Part shown: positions 36,515-44,432 of the stretch, piece by piece
Position numbering within the stretch: position 1 is the first letter of the stretch
Layout: each line of letters begins with the position of its first letter
Source of the DNA: a virus
Direction: 5' to 3' (one strand)
DNA length: 46,959 nucleotides
UHGV virus genome: UHGV-1362024
Made by a program: the position numbers and the translations under genes
The notes under the pieces: generated by a model
Seen by the model: only the letters and a program-made list of their open reading frames with translations
Database searches by the model: none
What the model was told of the DNA's origin: nothing

Positions 36515-37000
36515 TTATACACCATGATTATCGTGAAACCCATACTCTTCTTCTGCTTTCTTTCTTGCCAGCTCCGCATCAAGTATGTCGTTGAAATATC
36601 CAAGATGTATGAACTTCTTGTTAACCCTTATTTTTGCTTGCCACTTTCGCTTATCCTTCCTCCAGTGTACCCCAGTTACTCCACTACTATTGCTAGAGTA
36701 CTTAGATTTGTTTTTTAGATTCCCTCCCCTATTTGTCAGCCTGAGATTTTCAATCCTGTTATCACCAGGGTTATGGTTTATATGGTCAATCTCCAATCCG
36801 CCAGTTATAGGGCCATTATGCATTTCCCATATGATTCTGTGCGCAAAGTATTTTCGTCCAGAGCACCAAATAGATGTATATCCTTTTGACCCTGAGTGGC
36901 CTGCAACCTTACCTTTTCTTGCCTTGCGGCCATCATCCTCGCGCCATATCAGGTTTCCGTTGTTGTATTCAAACAGCTCATTCCAGTCTATTCTTTTCAT
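36515..37000 (-). CDS. HNH homing endonuclease with AP2 domain (paralog 3 of 3); listed from 37066, but MKRIDW at 37000 matches the N-termini of the paralogs
   Basis: AHRIIWEMHNGPITGGLEIDHINHNPGDNRIENLRLT; AP2-like TGVHWRKDKRKWQAKIRVNKKFIHLGYF. Confidence 0.85.
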   Translation of the reverse strand: MKRIDWNELFEYNNGNLIWREDDGRKARKGKVAGHSGSKGYTSIWCSGRKYFAHRIIWEMHNGPITGGLEIDHINHNPGDNRIENLRLTNRGGNLKNKSKYSSNSSGVTGVHWRKDKRKWQAKIRVNKKFIHLGYFNDILDAELARKKAEEEYGFHDNHGV

Positions 37001-37157
37001 CACACTTACCGCTCCTGCACCACAAATCATTGCGTGGGGATTTAACATGAACCACCTCAATCGCATCAGGAAAGGCTTTGGCGATTGCTGCTATGAAGCG
37101 GTCGACGCCTTCTAGCCGAGCCTTCTGCCACACCTCCTGCTTTGATTTTTGCGGCAT
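36978..37157 (-). CDS. Small hypothetical protein (59 aa)
   Basis: Unlisted ORF MPQKSKQEVWQKARLEGVDRFIAAIAKAF...; TAATG-coupled. Confidence 0.25.
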   Translation of the reverse strand: MPQKSKQEVWQKARLEGVDRFIAAIAKAFPDAIEVVHVKSPRNDLWCRSGKCDEKNRLE

Positions 37158-37315
37158 TACTGATACCTCGTAGTTGAGTACATATTCCGAAGCATGCTGT
37201 TATGCTCAACCACCATCATCATGCTGCCAACCTGAATGACTGCATGATGCTTACCAGTCTCCTCATAAAGAAAGTCAGCCTCTTCGCATGCAGCCTGAAT
37301 GTCGCTCCACAGCAT
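37157..37315 (-). CDS. Small hypothetical protein (52 aa)
   Basis: Unlisted ORF MLWSDIQAACEEADFLYEETGKHHAVIQV... with RBS GAGGTGA. Confidence 0.25.
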   Translation of the reverse strand: MLWSDIQAACEEADFLYEETGKHHAVIQVGSMMMVVEHNSMLRNMYSTTRYQ

Positions 37316-37318
37316 AAA

Positions 37319-37411
37319 TCACCTCACAATAAACCAGATGGCTAACGCAACAGCAATCCAGAATGCCAACAGTGATAAGGCAATCAGTCTGCGGATGATG
37401 TAGGGTTTCAC
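37319..37411 (-). CDS. Small membrane peptide (30 aa, GTG start)
   Basis: Unlisted ORF VKPYIIRRLIALSLLAFWIAVALAIWFIVR with RBS GGAGGT; GTGA-coupled to the upstream gene. Confidence 0.25.
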   Translation of the reverse strand: MKPYIIRRLIALSLLAFWIAVALAIWFIVR

Positions 37412-38349
37412 GACTTACCTCCGTTGAGCATGGCGGCGCGGCAGGCGTCATAAGATTCTCGCATCGCGTCTTTTACCCAGCCAAGTGGCTTATTACCGCT
37501 AAGTTCCAGCCATTCATCGAACGTTGGCACTACCGGTGCTGACTGGAACGGCTTCCTACCCTTCACCCAGGTAACCAGCGCCTGAATATGCTTTTCACAT
37601 GTTGCCGCCAGCATCTCATCTGATTCAGGCGCTGCTATACCGGCGTTACTGAGGGCCAAACGCAGACCATTCGGCACTACCGGAGCTGGCTGTGCGTGGC
37701 GATAGAGCTTCGTCCCGTATGGCATTTGCTGAATGCCGACAAGCGGTCTAATCTCTCGCTCCCCAAAATCTTCGGGGTCACCATAAATTGAAACCACTTC
37801 TGCCACCGGCTCCCCGTCCCTTGCGGACAGCGCCAGTTCAGCAAGCTGCAGGTCAGCCAATATTTCTTCGCGCGCGCTTTCGAATGCTGTCTGTCGTGAT
37901 GCCATTTTCAGAGCTTTGGCGATGCTGTGGTTTGCCTTGCTCATTTGGCCCCCCCCCTCGCGCAGCTGCTTGGCGAACTTAAGCGCCTCTTCGGTCGCGC
38001 CATTCCAGCGGCCGCCCCTACTGGAAACCCACTCCTCCACCCCATCAGCCTTAATACCGGCTACGATGCGATCGGTGGCGGGGGTCGTTTCTTGCGGAGA
38101 TACAGCAATACGAATGGTTTCTAGTGCCGGGTCAGTTTCAACTGTTGGCACCTTGATATAACCTAACTGCACCCCGTTCATGATGAACATGCGGCGATCA
38201 TCGCTCGTCGCCTTCAGCGCTATATTCTCCACAGCCAGCTGAACGCACAGCTTTGCAACCTTGAGGTATTTTTCCTCTTTGATTGAGAGTTCACCACCGC
38301 CCTCAAGGTTTTTAATAATTTCATGAACTTCGTTAATTTCGATATCCAT
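37408..38349 (-). CDS. Hypothetical protein (313 aa)
   Basis: Listed ORF; no recognised motif. Confidence 0.45.
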   Translation of the reverse strand: MDIEINEVHEIIKNLEGGGELSIKEEKYLKVAKLCVQLAVENIALKATSDDRRMFIMNGVQLGYIKVPTVETDPALETIRIAVSPQETTPATDRIVAGIKADGVEEWVSSRGGRWNGATEEALKFAKQLREGGGQMSKANHSIAKALKMASRQTAFESAREEILADLQLAELALSARDGEPVAEVVSIYGDPEDFGEREIRPLVGIQQMPYGTKLYRHAQPAPVVPNGLRLALSNAGIAAPESDEMLAATCEKHIQALVTWVKGRKPFQSAPVVPTFDEWLELSGNKPLGWVKDAMRESYDACRAAMLNGGKS

Positions 38350-38355
38350 AAATCC

Positions 38356-38634
38356 TCACTTAACCGCCTGTAAACGCTCAAGCTCACGCATCAGTGCAGA
38401 TACACGGCGTTGCCGCAAAGTCTCTGCATGCTCTTTTGCCTGTTGCTCATCAAGCCAGTATTCACCACGTTTAAAGTAAACATCGCCAACCACAGCAACC
38501 TGCCCATCAGCAAATAGCTGTGCGCTTTCGTACTTCTGAATGCCACGGGTCAGCGCGTACTTCGTGACCCATATAGTCTCAGCGCTTGCCGCGTTAGCGA
38601 TAACCAGTAAAGCCACTGCCAGTAATTTATTCAT
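38356..38634 (-). CDS. Small secreted protein (92 aa, signal peptide MNKLLAVALLVIANAASA)
   Basis: Listed ORF; predicted periplasmic. Confidence 0.45.
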   Translation of the reverse strand: MNKLLAVALLVIANAASAETIWVTKYALTRGIQKYESAQLFADGQVAVVGDVYFKRGEYWLDEQQAKEHAETLRQRRVSALMRELERLQAVK

Positions 38635-38649
38635 TGTTGCTAAACCGGT

Positions 38650-38835
38650 TTAGTTTCCACCAGATGACACGATAACCTGCTCAAGCACTCTATGCTTACC
38701 TTCACCACTAAAAACTCGACAGACGCGCTTACCGTTGCTGTATGCATGCATTGCCTGCGCCATCATAAAGTTTTGCGCCTTAACTGCGCCCATTTCAGGC
38801 TCCAGTTGAGTGCGCGTGTAGATTGCTTTGGTCAT
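38650..38835 (-). CDS. Small hypothetical protein (61 aa)
   Basis: Listed ORF. Confidence 0.35.
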   Translation of the reverse strand: MTKAIYTRTQLEPEMGAVKAQNFMMAQAMHAYSNGKRVCRVFSGEGKHRVLEQVIVSSGGN

Positions 38836-38847
38836 TTTATCCCTCCA

Positions 38848-38964
38848 TCAAAAACCAAAGTCGCCAGTAAACTGAGCAAGCTCTTCGCCATGCTCATCCA
38901 CCACATAGCCATCGAATACAACACCACCATTTTCGTCTTGCTGTTTTTTATCTTCCATCTTCAT
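38848..38964 (-). CDS. Small acidic hypothetical protein (38 aa)
   Basis: Unlisted ORF MKMEDKKQQDENGGVVFDGYVVDEHGEELAQFTGDFGF with RBS AGAGGTGA; first gene after promoter copy 7. Confidence 0.25.
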   Translation of the reverse strand: MKMEDKKQQDENGGVVFDGYVVDEHGEELAQFTGDFGF

Positions 38965-38988
38965 CACCTCTTTGTTGTTGGTGTGGTA

Positions 38989-39017
38989 ACTATACGATGG
39001 CGCTCAATCTACGTCAA
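38989..39017 (-). promoter_or_regulatory. Minus-strand promoter (copy 7): TTGACGTAGATTGA-N10-TATAGT
   Basis: The reverse complement reads TTGACGtagattgagcgccatcgTATAGT; TTGACG-17-TATAGT is a near-consensus sigma70 promoter. Confidence 0.6.
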
Positions 39018-39039
39018 TATGATGATGAAAATAAATAAA

Positions 39040-39470
39040 CAATAGCAAACTAATAGTTTTGTAACGCAAGTTACTATATCTCTAAGAGGTTTTAAAGTCT
39101 ATTGCTTATATATAAATAATTAGTAGGTATTGAAGGAGAAAAAAGGTCTTATAGGGGCCTCTATCGTCCCGAACGTTTTTTAGGTCACGACTTTAGAGAA
39201 TCCAGATATGACGCGGCTTGCAGGGCGATTTTGCTTCTAAAGTCTATTTTTTGTGTGGGGGGGGGTATTTTTTGTTATGAATTTTATTTTTTGATAGGGG
39301 GGGGGGTCCAAAAAAGTAGACTTTAGAGCTGTTTTTTGGTGTTTTTCTTTTAAGAATCAATAACTTCCTAAAGACTTTTTGAATGTCGTTCTAAAGTCTG
39401 TAAAACATTAGAACTAAATAAAATCATAAACTTAGATAAAGTTACTACTTTTAACGTGTTTGGTCAACTT
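39040..39470. repeat. AT-rich non-coding region with six copies of CTAAAGTCTA / TAGACTTTAG in both orientations and two homopolymeric G tracts (G9, G11); candidate origin, packaging or regulatory region
   Basis: Motif copies near 39097, 39190, 39239, 39317, 39371 and 39393. An inverted pair CTAAAGTCTA...TAGACTTTAG flanks the G9 and G11 tracts. No ORFs. Confidence 0.4.
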
Positions 39471-39481
39471 CAATCAAACAA

Positions 39482-39503
39482 AAAGCCACCGTCTAGGTGG
39501 CTT
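39482..39503 (-). terminator. Rho-independent terminator (AAGCCACCTAGACGGTGGCTTTTTG on minus strand) ending the leftward replication operon
   Basis: Hairpin plus T-run just past the stop at 39508. Confidence 0.65.
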
Positions 39504-39507
39504 TGCT

Positions 39508-39885
39508 TTAGTTATATGCACAATCCCTTTCTCTCCTCGCGTCAAGGTGTCTCTTCAGTTCTTCCCTGTTGACGCCAAACGCATCGCAGAAGTTTGCCAC
39601 GGCATTTCCAGCGAAATGCTCATCGGGAGTCCACTTGCCGCACTTTTTCGCCACATCACGATAAGGCTGTGAAATGAAAGCGGTGTTGCCCTTGTAGTTT
39701 ATGCGGCAGAAAAATACATCATCCTCTATGCTGTGACCCATATTGCATCGGAACACTGGCACGCTGTGATAGTAGACTTCCATCAGGTTGCGTCCAGTCA
39801 TCATGTTTAGCGCTGCTTCTGGCTCGCACTCAGCTTCATACTGGCTGTATGCAAAAATATCGCTTTGCTGAATTACGCGGATCAT
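39508..39885 (-). CDS. Hypothetical protein (125 aa), Cys/His-rich
   Basis: Coupled downstream of the primase-helicase gene. Confidence 0.45.
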   Translation of the reverse strand: MIRVIQQSDIFAYSQYEAECEPEAALNMMTGRNLMEVYYHSVPVFRCNMGHSIEDDVFFCRINYKGNTAFISQPYRDVAKKCGKWTPDEHFAGNAVANFCDAFGVNREELKRHLDARRERDCAYN

Positions 39886-42215
39886 ATGCTTACCTCATCA
39901 TTAACTAATTTGTAGATGATGGCCCGGTTGCTTGTACGCTTGGCCTCTTTATCCTCAATAACCTCGCCGTCTTCAATGAGCTTGTCCAGCATGCGCTCAG
40001 AGTCAGCTCGTTTATAGTTTCCATCCTTGGCCACGCCAATGATGATCGCTTTGCGGGCCATTCCACGCTTGACGTACTCACGGACAAGCGATTCAAGCCC
40101 TTCTACGCGCCTGTCGTTGCTCTTGGAGTTAGCCCCTGACAAACTATCAGCCCGCATCATTAAATCGCTTGTTGATTTGATGGTGAGCGCAACGGCGTAC
40201 CGTAGATGCTCCATTGTAATAACGCCAGTATCGCAGGCAAGAATCCCGGATATCTTCGCCACCTTTACAGCGCATCGGTTAATCAACGGTTGATAACCCG
40301 TGCCATTTTCTACGTGCTGACGGGCAATCATCTTGAGCCATGAAAAAAACTCTTTTGCCATCGCTGAAACCTCTGGCGTTGCCTTTATTGCTCGCCTTTC
40401 TTTGCTGCTTATGATTGATTCAGTCCAGTTTTTGTAACCAGCAGTAGTGCCATTTATTATTGTTTTTATAGTCATTTGCATGGGCATTGGCAGGTCGCAG
40501 TATTCCACGTCTTCGTTTTCGTCTGCGATTTCCTGAAGCTCCTGCATAATCATGGCGCGACCCATGAGACCTGATTTGATGTTCTCTTCGGTAATGAGTT
40601 TTTTGAACTGGTCATCCGTAGATACACCAAACATGGAAAAGAAAGGATTTCGTATCGCACCATCTATACGACGAATCACATCTTCAAACTGACGCTTAAT
40701 ATCGACAGGATCTGCTTGCAACTCGTTTTCTTCGATCATCATCATGAGAGTGCCAAGCCTTTTTTCAAACTGCTTGACGTATTCATCAGTGATGCGCTGG
40801 TCACAGTACAGTATTTCTGCTGTGTATGACTCCATTAGTGCGCCAGCCGTGGCCATGTTGTACTCGCTGACCTTTTGTCCAACCACACTGCCTAGTTTGA
40901 TGCCAATCTCATCCATAATGAGGTTAAACATCTGATTAGCTGCCAGCCCCTCATATATGGCTCTTTCAGAACGGATTTTACCGGCCACTGTCTTGCTGAG
41001 TCCTGAGCAGTCGATAATTTTTTGCAGGGCCGCAAGCACGTCACCCTTTCCTGAGCCAGACCCGGCGATGCCAATAGAAAAAAGATTTGGTACAGCCTTA
41101 CGATTGGTAAGGTAAATATCTGAAGAGGCGCCGCAGATGATTGATGCCGCATGGATGGCTGCCAGAGCTGCAAGATATTCTCTTTTCTCAGCGCAGTTTC
41201 TGTTAATCCACTCCGTCAACTTTCCCACGAACCCTGGCGGAAATCGCACATCAACAGATTTGTAATCGACGGGGCATTCTCCAACACCCATCGCCATTTT
41301 TTTCTCAAACTTCTCAAGCAATGCAATTTCTTCTGGAGATGCCTGAAATGATACCGCACGAACCCATCCACCCTCTTCAGCCAGATGAACAAGAGTAGCG
41401 GCAGTGACACGGTCTCCGTTTCCCTTACCGTATGAATGCCAGTGGTAATCCATGTCAGATGGGTCATACTTTGAGAAGCGTGATGACCATGAGTCCCACA
41501 GCTCAAATCCGTTACCATCTGTTGCCTCATGAATTGCCATGCCAACTCGAATCCAGTCATCATAATCTTCACCACAGTTAATGTGGTTCAGCATGTCCTG
41601 AAGTTCCTGCATGGAAAACGATTCGGCACCGAGTGAAAATTCCTCGCGCTCTGCTCGCTGCAATAGCTCAACAAGTGACGACGGAGGCTCTGTTATGGAT
41701 GACGGAGAGCCATGCTCAGCTTCATAAAAGTTGCCTGATTTGTGGAATGAGCCACATCCTATAACGAAACCTGATGACTTGAAGTCAATTCCTTTGAATC
41801 TCTTGTCGTGAGAATTGAGCTTCACTCCATTTGGCAATTTATAATAAATATGCTTTCCGCCACCACCAGTGTTCACCACAAATCCTGATTCATCGGCAAG
41901 CTCCATATCAAGCGCCTCGCAAAGCGCCTCATACCCTTCATTGCCACCATTTCGCGGGTCAACATCCACGACAAGATAGCCATCGACCAGCACACCGAAG
42001 CTGTTTAGCTGGCCAAACTCGCGCATGTTTTCGAGTTGGTCATCTTCCCATATGATTCCACATTGCCAGTTTGACATTATGGGATGCTTGCCTGCTGCGT
42101 GGCATTCAGGACGCTCGCAGGTGCATTTTCTGTCATGATCCATCGGGTAGATTCCTATAACAGGGAATCCGGCGGCGTGATAATCCTTGTATCCTGTCAT
42201 TATTTCGCTCTCCAT
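39882..42215 (-). CDS. DNA primase-polymerase / helicase (prim-pol N-terminal domain plus D5/DUF3987-type helicase region)
   Basis: 777 aa. N-terminal bifunctional prim-pol-like region (GFPVIGIYPMD...GKHPIMSNWQ...VVDVDPRNGG...GGGGKHIYYKL); C-terminal P-loop GIAGSGSGKGDV. Confidence 0.8.
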   Translation of the reverse strand: MESEIMTGYKDYHAAGFPVIGIYPMDHDRKCTCERPECHAAGKHPIMSNWQCGIIWEDDQLENMREFGQLNSFGVLVDGYLVVDVDPRNGGNEGYEALCEALDMELADESGFVVNTGGGGKHIYYKLPNGVKLNSHDKRFKGIDFKSSGFVIGCGSFHKSGNFYEAEHGSPSSITEPPSSLVELLQRAEREEFSLGAESFSMQELQDMLNHINCGEDYDDWIRVGMAIHEATDGNGFELWDSWSSRFSKYDPSDMDYHWHSYGKGNGDRVTAATLVHLAEEGGWVRAVSFQASPEEIALLEKFEKKMAMGVGECPVDYKSVDVRFPPGFVGKLTEWINRNCAEKREYLAALAAIHAASIICGASSDIYLTNRKAVPNLFSIGIAGSGSGKGDVLAALQKIIDCSGLSKTVAGKIRSERAIYEGLAANQMFNLIMDEIGIKLGSVVGQKVSEYNMATAGALMESYTAEILYCDQRITDEYVKQFEKRLGTLMMMIEENELQADPVDIKRQFEDVIRRIDGAIRNPFFSMFGVSTDDQFKKLITEENIKSGLMGRAMIMQELQEIADENEDVEYCDLPMPMQMTIKTIINGTTAGYKNWTESIISSKERRAIKATPEVSAMAKEFFSWLKMIARQHVENGTGYQPLINRCAVKVAKISGILACDTGVITMEHLRYAVALTIKSTSDLMMRADSLSGANSKSNDRRVEGLESLVREYVKRGMARKAIIIGVAKDGNYKRADSERMLDKLIEDGEVIEDKEAKRTSNRAIIYKLVNDEVSI

Positions 42216-42442
42216 TGAGTAACTGCTGGGCGCAAATCTTCCTTTTTAAAAAGTCCGTTGGTTAGCTTATCTACCTCTATGGCAGCCGTTGCGCTGATGC
42301 GCCCACGGGAAACCCATTCGTTTACTGATTGACGAGAAACGCCAAGGAATCGCGCCAGCGATGCCTGTCCTCCCATATGCTCAATAAGAGCATCAAGAGC
42401 CTTCTTTTCCATTTCTTTGATTTGTTCAGCGATGGTTTTCAT
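42200..42442 (-). CDS. Cro/XRE-like helix-turn-helix regulator (listed ORF extends to 42538 with a GTG start; ATG near 42441 with strong RBS GGAGGA is preferred)
   Basis: HTH segment GGQASLARFLGVSRQSVNEWVSRGRIS. First gene of the leftward operon, facing the rightward replication promoter. Confidence 0.6.
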   Translation of the reverse strand: MKTIAEQIKEMEKKALDALIEHMGGQASLARFLGVSRQSVNEWVSRGRISATAAIEVDKLTNGLFKKEDLRPAVTQWRAK

Positions 42443-42467
42443 CTTTCCTCCTTCTAATTTATAGAAG

Positions 42468-42530
42468 AATGATAAACGCAAAATATTTTTATGTAAAGCT
42501 ATTGACCTGACGAATGTCCTGTCGTATCTT
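42468..42530. promoter_or_regulatory. Divergent back-to-back promoters: rightward TTGACC-17-TATCTT (42502-42530) and leftward TTTACA-N17/18-TATCAT
   Basis: Both hexamer pairs read directly; arranged like a lambdoid early switch region. Confidence 0.5.
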
Positions 42531-42573
42531 TTACTCACACCAGCAACAACGCTGAGTGATTCGAGAGGACACT

Positions 42574-43416
42574 ATGAGCTTATCAATGATTCAAAAACCA
42601 AAACCAGTTTCACCTATCATTACTCTTGTTGGCACCCCTGGCGTTGGCAAGACTACTCTGGCAGCGCTTTTCCCTAAGCCTGTTTTCATTCAGGCGGAAG
42701 AGATTACCGGTGTATTCGACGACTGGGACGAAGAAAACAAGCCTGACTCATTCCCGGTGCTGAAACGAGCTGATGCAAAGCGCAAGACGAGCACCAAAGA
42801 AGACTTGTTGTCGCAGTTGCGCGCTCTTATCACAGAAGAGCATGACTATAAAACGCTGGTTATCGACTCCATCACCAGCCTACACGCCATGTTTGAGCAT
42901 GAGGTTTGCGAAAACTATGGAGTAGATAACGTTGGCGCAGCAGCGGGTGGTTACAACAAGGGCTATCTGGTTGTGGCGGAGATGCATGCTGAAATTATTA
43001 ACGCCTGCAAGTATCTTCGTTCCAACAAAGGTATGAGCATCATTTATCTTGCGCATGCTGGCATACGTAAGATGAAGAACCGACCAGATTCTGACGAATA
43101 CACCGTTTATACCCTCAATATGCACGAAGCCAGTATTGATGGTTACGTTGCGCTTAGCGATGCTGTTATCTATATCCGCAATGAGGAGTTTGTGAAGGGT
43201 GCTGAGACAGATAAAAAAGGCCAGGTAACTAAGTTCGGTAAAGTTGTGCAGACAGGGCAGCGTGTACTTGTCACCTCTGGTGATGGACGGGTTGGTTACG
43301 TTAATGCGAAAAATCGCTTCAACCTTGAGCCTGAGATTCAGTTTGATAAAGGAGAAAATCCACTTCTGACAGAGATTAAGTATTATGCGTCTTTACGAGA
43401 TAACGAAACAGCTTAA
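42574..43416 (+). CDS. Sak4-like RecA-family ATPase (AAA_24-type single-strand annealing / recombination accessory protein)
   Basis: Walker A LVGTPGVGKTT near the N-terminus, in a recombination module with Gp157-like and SSB genes. RBS CGAGAGGACA. Listed from 42556. Confidence 0.7.
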   Translation: MSLSMIQKPKPVSPIITLVGTPGVGKTTLAALFPKPVFIQAEEITGVFDDWDEENKPDSFPVLKRADAKRKTSTKEDLLSQLRALITEEHDYKTLVIDSITSLHAMFEHEVCENYGVDNVGAAAGGYNKGYLVVAEMHAEIINACKYLRSNKGMSIIYLAHAGIRKMKNRPDSDEYTVYTLNMHEASIDGYVALSDAVIYIRNEEFVKGAETDKKGQVTKFGKVVQTGQRVLVTSGDGRVGYVNAKNRFNLEPEIQFDKGENPLLTEIKYYASLRDNETA

Positions 43417-43864
43417 CGAACTGCTTGCGATGGAAGATATTCCGCGCGAGCAGATTGAAGATACCATTAACCTGATTGAGGAGGAGTTTGAAGGAAAGGC
43501 CGAGATGGTGGCCGCTTATATCAGCGAGCTTGAGGCGGATGAGGCTGGCATGAAGGCTGAGATTGTTCGCCTGTCAGAACGCAAACGTGTGCTGACTGCG
43601 AAGATAGATAACCTTAAAGATTATCTTCGTCAGAACATGCTGGCATCTGGAAAAACGAATATCAAAGGCAAGCTTTTCAGCATCACGCTTGGCAAACCAT
43701 CTCCTGTTTTGGATGTGCTTGTCCCGGTTGAGCAGTTGCCTGAGAAGTATCGCGTTGTAAATTTTTCGGCAGATAATGCAGCCATTAAAGCAGCACTGAA
43801 AGCCGGAACTGAAATTAAAGGTTGTGCCATCACCGATGGAAAACCAAAGCTGATCATCAAATAA
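43385..43864 (+). CDS. Siphovirus Gp157-family protein
   Basis: 159-aa coiled-coil protein adjacent to Sak4, the canonical pairing. The 5' end overlaps Sak4 by 32 nt. Confidence 0.55.
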   Translation: MRLYEITKQLNELLAMEDIPREQIEDTINLIEEEFEGKAEMVAAYISELEADEAGMKAEIVRLSERKRVLTAKIDNLKDYLRQNMLASGKTNIKGKLFSITLGKPSPVLDVLVPVEQLPEKYRVVNFSADNAAIKAALKAGTEIKGCAITDGKPKLIIK

Positions 43865-43880
43865 TCGAGAGGACATAAAA

Positions 43881-44417
43881 ATGGGTTTCTGGAATCTTTC
43901 TGACGGTAAAGAAGTTGAGTCAAAGTCTGAATTTGAGGCTGGTGGTGGTTTTGAAGTTATTCCTGACGGCACCCGCGTGCTGGCTGCTGTTGAAGAGTGC
44001 AAGGACGATGAATGGGAAGGTGAGCGCTTCTTTAACCTTAAATGGCGCATCCTGGACGATGATTACAAAAATCGTATCATCTTCCAGAAGCTAAAGGTTT
44101 TCAGCCAGAAGGACAAGCAGCGCGATAACGCTATCAGCATGCTGGCAGCAATTGATGCAAACGCTGGAGGTAAATTGATGGCGTCAGGGAAAGAGCCTAC
44201 TGATTTTGCAATCGCAAGTGCGCTGGCTAACCGCCCGATGATCCTCCTGCTTCGCGTCTGGCAGTCTGACGATAAGCAGAAATCAGGTAACTACGTCGCT
44301 GGCGTCTTTGGTCGCCAGCAAACTAAATCCGCTACAGCAGCAAAGCCACAAAAGCAAACGGCAAAGCCACAGGGTGAAGAGCCGCCGATGGATTTCGATG
44401 AAGATATTCCGTTTTGA
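43881..44417 (+). CDS. Putative ssDNA-binding protein (non-canonical fold) carrying a bacterial SSB-type C-terminal tail DFDEDIPF
   Basis: The C-terminus PMDFDEDIPF matches the SSB-Ct interaction motif. Position is in the Sak4/Gp157 module. RBS CGAGAGGACA. No OB-fold signature recognised by eye. Confidence 0.5.
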   Translation: MGFWNLSDGKEVESKSEFEAGGGFEVIPDGTRVLAAVEECKDDEWEGERFFNLKWRILDDDYKNRIIFQKLKVFSQKDKQRDNAISMLAAIDANAGGKLMASGKEPTDFAIASALANRPMILLLRVWQSDDKQKSGNYVAGVFGRQQTKSATAAKPQKQTAKPQGEEPPMDFDEDIPF

Positions 44418-44432
44418 TTTTAATAAGTAACC

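Noticed and set aside
36506-37115. Plus-strand ORFs 36506-36718 and 36585-37115
   Set aside because: Antisense to the HNH-AP2 paralog, which has strong family motifs.
42420-42495. Apparent one-nucleotide discrepancies in two homopolymer runs when I hand-translated the HTH gene against the ORF-track protein
   Set aside because: The two shifts compensate each other and lie in T/A runs, so this is most likely my own counting error. The track translation was used.
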